A stretch of DNA of 64,000 bases, from the NCBI RefSeq assembly GCF_009914755.1, contig NC_060947.1, one strand, 5' to 3'. Under the pieces are notes generated by a model. It was not told where the DNA came from and ran no database searches. It saw only the letters and a list, made by a program, of their open reading frames with translations. Position numbers and translations under genes: made by a program. This document shows positions 56,544 through 64,000 of the stretch, piece by piece; the stretch's first letter is position 1, and each line of letters starts with the position of its first letter. The stretch comes from the human T2T-CHM13v2.0 reference genome, Homo sapiens.

Positions 56544-58730
56544 GATCTTTAACCCTGTCTGGGGTTTCACAAACTTTAGCCTTGTTCTGTTGAGTTTATA
56601 TCCTCAAATAGGGTGAAGCCTAATACCTGTTAAAAGATTTTATCCAGTGAACCTACCCAAGATTCCAGAGGAAAGCAAAAACGTCTGCTGCCTGGCAGCA
56701 AGTTTTTTTTTTTTTCTTTATAGAGTTTTAAACTAAGGTCCATGAATTTCCTGCCATATTTTCCTGTGTGTGCTTCAGCTGCCTTACTGACAATCACTTA
56801 ATAAGTATAGCAGTTCCTTAGTTTATACTGCATGTGAGATAGCTGGCTTATGAGAATAATTTTTCTATATAAAATTCATATTTAATCCTCCATTTTAGGA
56901 GTGAGTTCTATAGAAAGTTCTATGGAAATTCTCTATTTTAGGAGCGAGCCTGCAATACAGTTTTCAAATACAATATTATGATATTTGAAGTCAATCAGGA
57001 AGTGATCCATCTATACTACAACTTCTCATCATGTTTCAATATAAAATGTTGGAAGAGTAATGAAGTGTCCAAAATTAGATTGATTTTATAATTTAGGGTC
57101 ACAGCCTTCTAATTTTACAATAATAATCAGTTGACAAAGAATGGTTAGTATAATACTTGTGTTAATCGATCCTACTTTCTATCTCTATTTTATTAAAATC
57201 AACTCTGAATGTTATAGCATAGTAGAAATTTACCACTTATTATAATAAATCGTGTTTTCACAGTTTCCTCTTCTCTTAACTTAAAACTTAGGTTCTTGCT
57301 TAGACTTCTAAATTTTTATGACTGTTTTAGTTTCTGGGAGTCCTTAGGGTTTTTGCAGTTTCTTTCCAGAGCCTGAGGGGCTTTGCTGTATGTTTGTGTG
57401 ATATTTCACACCTGATGAATGGAGAGCCAGTTGATATTAGTCATCTGTCAACTTTATTTATTTCAAGATTCCAGTATTCAGAGTGGGGGTTGATTAAGTA
57501 CATAGCCAATATAATATACATTTACAATAATGAATCAGATGTCATTTCCTTGCTTAGTTACTTATGTTCTTTGCTTTTTAAAATAAGGCCCAGACCAGTT
57601 ATTCTGAGATCCAAACTTTGACTCTTATATAAATTTAAGGACATTTTTCTTTGCTAGAAATAAAAAAAAAATAAATTACCTAATAAAACCCTTAGCTTTG
57701 GAGACATTACCATACAAATGTAAAAGATAAGTATGTGAAGCACATTTAATAACACTGAACCTAATAATGATAACTCAAACTCATTTTGATTTCCTACCTA
57801 CAAACCACACATTTGAAGTATTAGAAAACTTTGTGAGCTTTCTTTTTTTTTTTTTTAATAATACTGTTGTGTACTTTATTTCAAATATTATCCTAGGTCC
57901 TCTTGTATGAGAATATCTAGAATCAGTTTAGTCTTTAATTCCTAGTTTTCTTCTTAGTCCTTTGAAAATATTATTTAAGTAATATTTTTTGTTTTTTACT
58001 GCTAACTCCCCAAATTTGTTATAAGGAATATTTTTGTTATTTTCTTCTTTCATCGCATGGGGGAAGATTCAATAACTATGATGTAATTCCTTTAAGAAAA
58101 TTTTTGTCAGACATGTCGGAAATTTTGAAATCCCGTATATTAACTCTAGACTCTCAAATTTCAAATCATATTATGACGTCTCTGATGGAAAAACATGCTT
58201 CAGCTTTCTCTGCCTCTGACATGTAATTGATAACCTCATGTTCTCATTTTGGGAGATAGAACTAGTGAAATGGGACCAAGCAAATGCTAAAAACAATAAA
58301 ATGAGCTCTCTTGCTGTCTTTGGATGTTTCTTGGACCAAGCATGAAAAAGATGGATGAAACGGAAAGGGAGGAGGGGAGATGATTTTTCGTTTGTGTGTT
58401 CAGTGACGGGAAGGAGATGCCAAGGACAAAAATGGATGCCCCAGTGCCACAGTGAACATATTTCCTTAGCTCTGAGTTTGGTAGTGGGGGCTTCTGTGGA
58501 TTCACACCAAGAACCGCAGTCCAAGCATATTTTGTAGTCTCATCTGACACATTTCTCTAAAGCTTAGCCCTTCTTAAACTCTCATGTTTCAACCACTTTG
58601 CCCCCTTTCCCCTGTTCACCTGCAAGCCACACATGACCCTCAGCACATATGACAAGAGCTGTCTTTCCACATGCAGTTTGCTTTGCCACCCACAGTTTAA
58701 ATGAAGCTATATATAAAACCATAAACTGGT

Positions 58731-59055
58731 TAGATGGGTGGATGGATGGATGGATGGATGGATGGATGGATGATAGACAGATACGTAGATAAATGATAGA
58801 TCGATGGATGATAGATAGGCAGGCAGCTATATAGATAGATGATGGATGCATGGATAGGTAGATGGATGGATAAATAGATGGCTACATGGATGATAGACAG
58901 ATATATAGATAGATGATGGATGATAGGCAGACAGATATGTAGATAGATGATAGATAGGTGGATGGATGGACAGATAAATAGATGGATATATAGATATATA
59001 GATATCTAGATTGATATATAGGTTGATGTCAGATAGATGGATGGATAGATAGATA
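58731..59055 (+). repeat. Compound (GGAT)n/(GATA)n microsatellite
   Basis: Directly visible. Confidence 0.95.
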
Positions 59056-59707
59056 GCAGTTTCCATTTCTGTACTTTTATGGTTTTCATGTTGAGAATGT
59101 TCTCAAAGGGACATGTTTGTGGTTAAATTTTCTGAATCAACAACAAATATCACTCCTTCAAGATTGCTCTCTCAGCATAAAAACCTAAACCAATTTTGTG
59201 TTTTTATAGCCTCTCTTTTCTCACACACATACTTAACTTTTTAATTTTTTTTTGGCCAGAGTTGTGGCTTTATGAATCATTATTAGAATCATTATTATTA
59301 TAGAGAAGGGTCAGCAGGCCCTCCACCTAGTGAATGAAATTTCATTTCCATCCTGTCTCCTTTCTGCTTGTGCTGTGGGAGGTATGTTCTTTCATCACAT
59401 CCATTTCACTCTTCAAAGGCATTCTTCTCAACAGTAATCCACTCGCAAGTTGTTATTGCTTCATGGTTTGTGTAGATGTGGGAGATCCGCTGTGCTTTAG
59501 GGAACTGCGCCAGAGATTTCATGCGTTTGTCTTTGAACACTGATCTAGAGACTTTCAGCTATTTGGGCTTCAGGGATACAAGAACAGAGAAGCCTTTAGA
59601 GAGTCCAGATCTGAGCCCTCCTCAGAAGAAGGAATTGTCTATGTTTGTTGCTAGGATGGACCCCTGACAACATGGCCACCTGTTCTGTTTTCTAATCCAC
59701 GATGCTC

Positions 59708-59820
59708 ATAATGGTTAATTTTAGGTGTCAGCTTGACTGGATTAAGGAATACCTAGAGAGCTGCTGAAGCATTACTTTTGGATGTGTCTGTGAGTGTGTT
59801 TCCAGAGGAGACTGGTGTGG
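59708..59820 (+). mobile_element. MLT2 LTR 5' fragment
   Basis: atggttaattttaggtgtcagcttgactggattaagg...gtgtctgtgag.gtgtttccagag. Confidence 0.8.
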
Positions 59821-60199
59821 CCAGCTACAGAAATGAGGACTGTCATTGTCACGAGTATTTTCTCCCCATTTTGTTAAGAATACATCTGTGTGTATATATA
59901 AATATATTTAGTATCAAGATAAAACATAAATACATGTATTTAGCAAATATCTTTGTTTTCATTCCTCTCTTATTCCTTTATTATATAACATAAGGTATAT
60001 TGACTTTATATCAGTATATGATATGATGGTTTGTGTTTTCCTGTTGAGAGCGTTCTTGGAGTATCTTTGTTATTGACTCAGAAATTTTGACCACAAACAT
60101 GTTTGTTTGAGAACATTCTCAACATGGAAACCACAAAAATGCATATAATATATAAACCACTCTATTGACTACCTCTCTATCAGTATTTAAGTATTATTA

Positions 60200-61000
60200 A
60201 TTTTACCTCATGGTATTTAAGTGATGGGATGTCAGGAGAAGAGTCAACATCACCCAAGGACTTGACCTCCTCTTCCGGGGAAGGGGATTACTGCATTTTC
60301 AGCTGTGTGCAGAATGGTTACATCACGTTAGGTGGAACTGTTGTAATTTTCTTATCTTCATTTAGAAATTAAGTATGGTTTAAGGAGATGCTTATGGGTG
60401 CCAAGTTGATGATGGGTGGATTTGTGATGGTTGATTTTAGGTGTCAAATTGACTGGATTAAGGGATACTTAGAGAACTGGTAACATGTTCATTACTTCTG
60501 GGTGTGTCTGTGAGGGTGTTTCCAGAGGGCATTGGCATGGGAGTTGGTGGACTAAGTGAGGAAGATCCACCATCAATGTGGACTGGCAACATCCAATCAG
60601 CTGGGGGCCCAGATAGAACACAAAGCAGAGAAAAGAGTTCCCTCTCTCTCTTTATCTCTCTGTCTCTCTCCCTCTCTATCTCTATCTCTGTGTGTCTCTC
60701 TGTGTCTATCTCTCTCTATCCATCTCTGTCTCTCGCTCTCTATCCACGTCCCTGTCTCTCTGTGTCTCTCTCCCTCTCTTCATCTCTCTCTTTCTTTCCC
60801 TGGTTTTGTCTCTGTCTCTCCCTCCTTGCCTGTGTCTCTGTTTCTCCCTGTCCCTCTCTTTCTCTCTCTTCAAGCTGAGACACTCTTCATCTCTAGCCCT
60901 AGAATATTAGAGCTCCAGGCTCTCCCACCCTTGGACTCCGGGATCTATGCTACCCACGCCACAAGTTCTTAGGCCTTTGGCCTCAGGCTGAGAATTACTA
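60200..61000 (+). mobile_element. HERV-L internal 3' end plus MLT2 LTR (from ~60423) with internal (TC)-rich expansion 60641-60870
   Basis: ttaagtatggtttaaggagatg..tatgggtgccaagttga...tgtgatggttgattttaggtgtcaa.ttgactggattaaggga. Confidence 0.82.
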
Positions 61001-61585
61001 TACTTAGAACATTCTTCCATGGGGCAAAAAACTCTAAAGATTAGAAATCTGTATTAGTTCATTTCTCTGCAACAGGTATTTATTAGACACTTACCATGTG
61101 CTTAAAAAATAGGAACTAAACAAATTTCTCTAAAAAAAGGAACCTTGTTAGTTTTTTCTGATTATGTGACAAGGGACAGCTGCACAGGGATCAGAGCTCA
61201 TTAAGCTGAAGTTCTCTAAATTAGGGTCTCTTTAGGCCAATTGTAAGCCCAAGTTCATTTTCTTTTTATTCCCACTAGTAAAAACTATCACATTTGAGGA
61301 GCATTGTGAATTTATGACACTTTCTCCATCAGTAGGAATACACTATGATTAAATTGTACTTTGTAAACTGTTTTTTTCTGTTTATAAAAGTAAGTAGAAC
61401 ATTTTATATATACAAGAATTTATAAAGAATCATATAAAACCACTGGTAGTTCTGCTCCCTGCAAACTAATCCCAAATAAAATTATATCATCATTCTTTCC
61501 AGTTATGTGTATGCCTTTCTATACAAACATATGCATATGAAACATACATATCCATATGCAAATATATATATATATAGAGAGAGAG

Positions 61586-61870
61586 AGAGACAGGGTCCTG
61601 CTCTGCTGCCCAGGGTGGAATACGATGGCACAGTCATAGCTCATTGTAGCCTCAAACTTCTGGGCTCAAGCAATTCTCCTGTCTCAGCTTCCCAAGTAGG
61701 TGGGACTACAGGCGTGTTCTACCACGCCCAGATAATTTTTAACTTTTTTGTAGAGATGGGGTCTTGCCATCTTGCGCAGGCTGCTCTCAAACTTCCGTCC
61801 TCAAGTGATCCTCCCACACTTGGCCTCCCAAAGTGCTGGGATTACAGGCATGAGCCACTGCACCTGGACA
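61586..61870 (-). mobile_element. AluJ with (TA)n(GA)n tail
   Basis: Antisense dimer. Confidence 0.88.
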
Positions 61871-62247
61871 GATTGTTTTTCACATTTGTGCTGATGTTGC
61901 CTTTATATCATGTTTGGTTCTGCCTTTTACACCCTAAAATTATACCATAAGGTTTTATATATGAAAAAATATTCTTCAAAAATCGAGAATATTCTAGTGT
62001 TTAATTTATTTTTTCTTCAAGTCTCCTACTTCTTAATTTTCTAACCCAAGTGTTGGCATGCCATAATATTTGCCAAATCAGTAGGTTAAAAATAGCATTT
62101 TCCTTGTGTTTAAACTTTAATTTTCTTTGATTTCCTGGTGAGGTTGAACATTTTCCATATTTGTATTAATTTACAATTGTTTTCTCATTCATCATTTGTC
62201 TTTTGCCATTTTAAAAAATATTAGATGTTGATTATTTTCTCTGTTGA

Positions 62248-62705
62248 TTCCCCTTCTTTCCTTCCTCCCTCCCTTCCTTCCTCCCTCCCTCCTTTCCTCC
62301 CTTCCTCCCTCCCTCCCTCCCTCCTTTCCTCCCTTCCTTCCCTTCCTTTTCTTCCTTTCCTTCCTTTCCTCCTTTCTCTCCATCTTCTTTCTTCCTTCCC
62401 TTCCTTCTTCCCTCCCTCTCTTCCTTTTTTCTCTCTCCTGCCTTCCTCCTTCCTTTTTTCCTCCTCACCTTTTCTCTCTCTCCTTCTTTCATTCCTTCAT
62501 TTTTCCTTCCTTCCTTCCCTTCTTTCTTCCTTTCTTCCCTCTCTCTCCCTCCTTTCTCCCTCTTTCCTCCTAACTTCCTCTCTCCCTGCCTTCCTTTCTT
62601 TCCATCCCTTCTTCCCTCCTCCCCTCCTTCCTTCCTCTTTGCTTGCCTCCCTTTTTTTCCTTCCTTTCCCTTATTCCTCCCTCCTTCGCTCTCTCTCTTG
62701 CTCCC
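62248..62705 (+). repeat. (CCTT/CCCT)-rich polypyrimidine tract
   Basis: Directly visible, ~450 bp almost purine-free. Confidence 0.95.
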
Positions 62706-63364
62706 TAATCAGTTACTTATGATATCCTTCTCCACTCTGAGACCATGGATAGTCATGATTGTTTTGCTGACCTGCTTTGTGGCCCCACATGGCCCTAGGC
62801 CAGGTGCTTCTGTTGCCTGTTGTTGTAGACACACTGGTGGGCTTGGGCATGTGTGGTACCCAGACTCCATGGACAACGGAAGAAGAAATATAAGATTTGG
62901 AGTTGTTAGTAAAATAGACTTTTGGGCAATTGCACAATCATCCATGCTAGCACAGGAAAGCTCTTAGCAGGTGTTTCTCCTTCCAGTTTACTTTGAAAGA
63001 AGAGGGGCTTTCCCTGCCTACACACCAACATCCTGGTTTCATAGTGAGGAAGAGAAAGAATGGGAATGTAATTATTGCAATTATTATTCATCACGTTTTG
63101 TTGTTCCCCCCAAGCTAAAAGTGACAACTCTATGCTGTGGTTCTTTGGGGATATTACATGTGAGAGTGCAACCACAGAAAATCACATCAATTAGGCATGA
63201 AGGCTTTCTCCCCATACTGACTAGCAGCTTGCTTGGGAGCAGAGACCTTCAGCTTGAGGAGCAAATAGTGGGCACTCAGTGTATTCACTGACTTTATTCA
63301 GGGGCCAATGCAACTGTGTCTGGAGGGGTTGGCTGGTATAAAACTGTAGGTTGGAAATTATTTG

Positions 63365-63696
63365 GTTTTCTTTTTCTTTTTCTTTTTCTTTTCTTTTCTT
63401 TCGTTTTCTTTTCTTTTCTTTTTTCTTTTTTTTTTTTTTTGAGACAGTTTCTTGCTCTGTTGCAAGAGCAAGGCACTCCTGGCTGGAGTGCAGTGATGCG
63501 ATCATAGCAATCTCTTCCTCCTGGGCTCAAGTGGTCCTCTCACACACCACCACCATACCTGGCTAATTAAAAAACAAATTGTAGAGACAAGGTCTCGCTA
63601 TATTGCCCAGTCTGGTCTGGAGCTCCCAGGCTCAAGCAATCTTCCTGCCTCAGCCTCACAACATGCTGGGATTACAGGTGTGAGCCACCACTCTCG
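63365..63696 (-). mobile_element. AluJ with (TTTTC)n tail
   Basis: Antisense, partly deleted dimer. Confidence 0.85.
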
Positions 63697-64000
63697 GTGG
63701 AAATCATTTTTCCTCTGGATTTCACAGTCATTGCATAATTGTCTTGTACCACTCAGGGTAAAGGCCAAAGCCGTGATTTGATTGTATGTAACCCATCCAC
63801 CCACTGCACCCCCTATGCACTTAGGATTTTGTCTTGGTCCTCTGTATCCTAAGGTTCCATGAAAATGGGCTTTGCTCTGGGTTTATATTCCTTCATCGTT
63901 TTGGGCCCCCAGGCCTGTTCAATACTGAGATTCATGCCCTTCAGTTCTAAAACTATATTTTGTTTTATTGCTTTGGTAATCTCTTGCTCTCTCTCAGTCT

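Noticed and set aside
62192-62722. ORFs up to 165 aa
   Set aside because: Translation of the polypyrimidine tract.

Overview
Human (primate) genomic DNA, recognisable as Xp22.31. The CpG island at ~5.4-6.55 kb holds the first coding exon of PUDP/HDHD1 (minus strand, MAAPPQPVTHLIFDMDGLLL), the MIR4767 hairpin and an upstream non-coding first exon of STS (steroid sulfatase, plus strand). The PUDP and STS exons overlap antisense by 31 nt. Bases 1-5837 are PUDP intron 1; the rest is STS 5' intron sequence with one clear internal STS exon (48665-48793, ATG giving MAQDRLQLFIA). Most of the window is interspersed repeat: ~25 Alus, Tigger/MER DNA transposons including 7 MER20s, MaLR/ERV1/ERVL LTRs and little L1, plus two minisatellites, three plus-strand polypyrimidine tracts and a GATA/GGAT array. 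Main observations: an old ~2.5 kb inverted duplication (27.7-30.2 kb); a spliced 54-codon STS uORF antisense to the PUDP exon; a second donor that can remove the STS ATG; a VNTR arraying ~17 TTC-N4-GAA motifs; a VNTR with CTCF-like motifs; and an ERV1 LTR cluster with a perfect CRE. Gene and repeat names come from recalled sequences, not database searches, and repeat edges are approximate. I see no evidence of a new protein-coding system.
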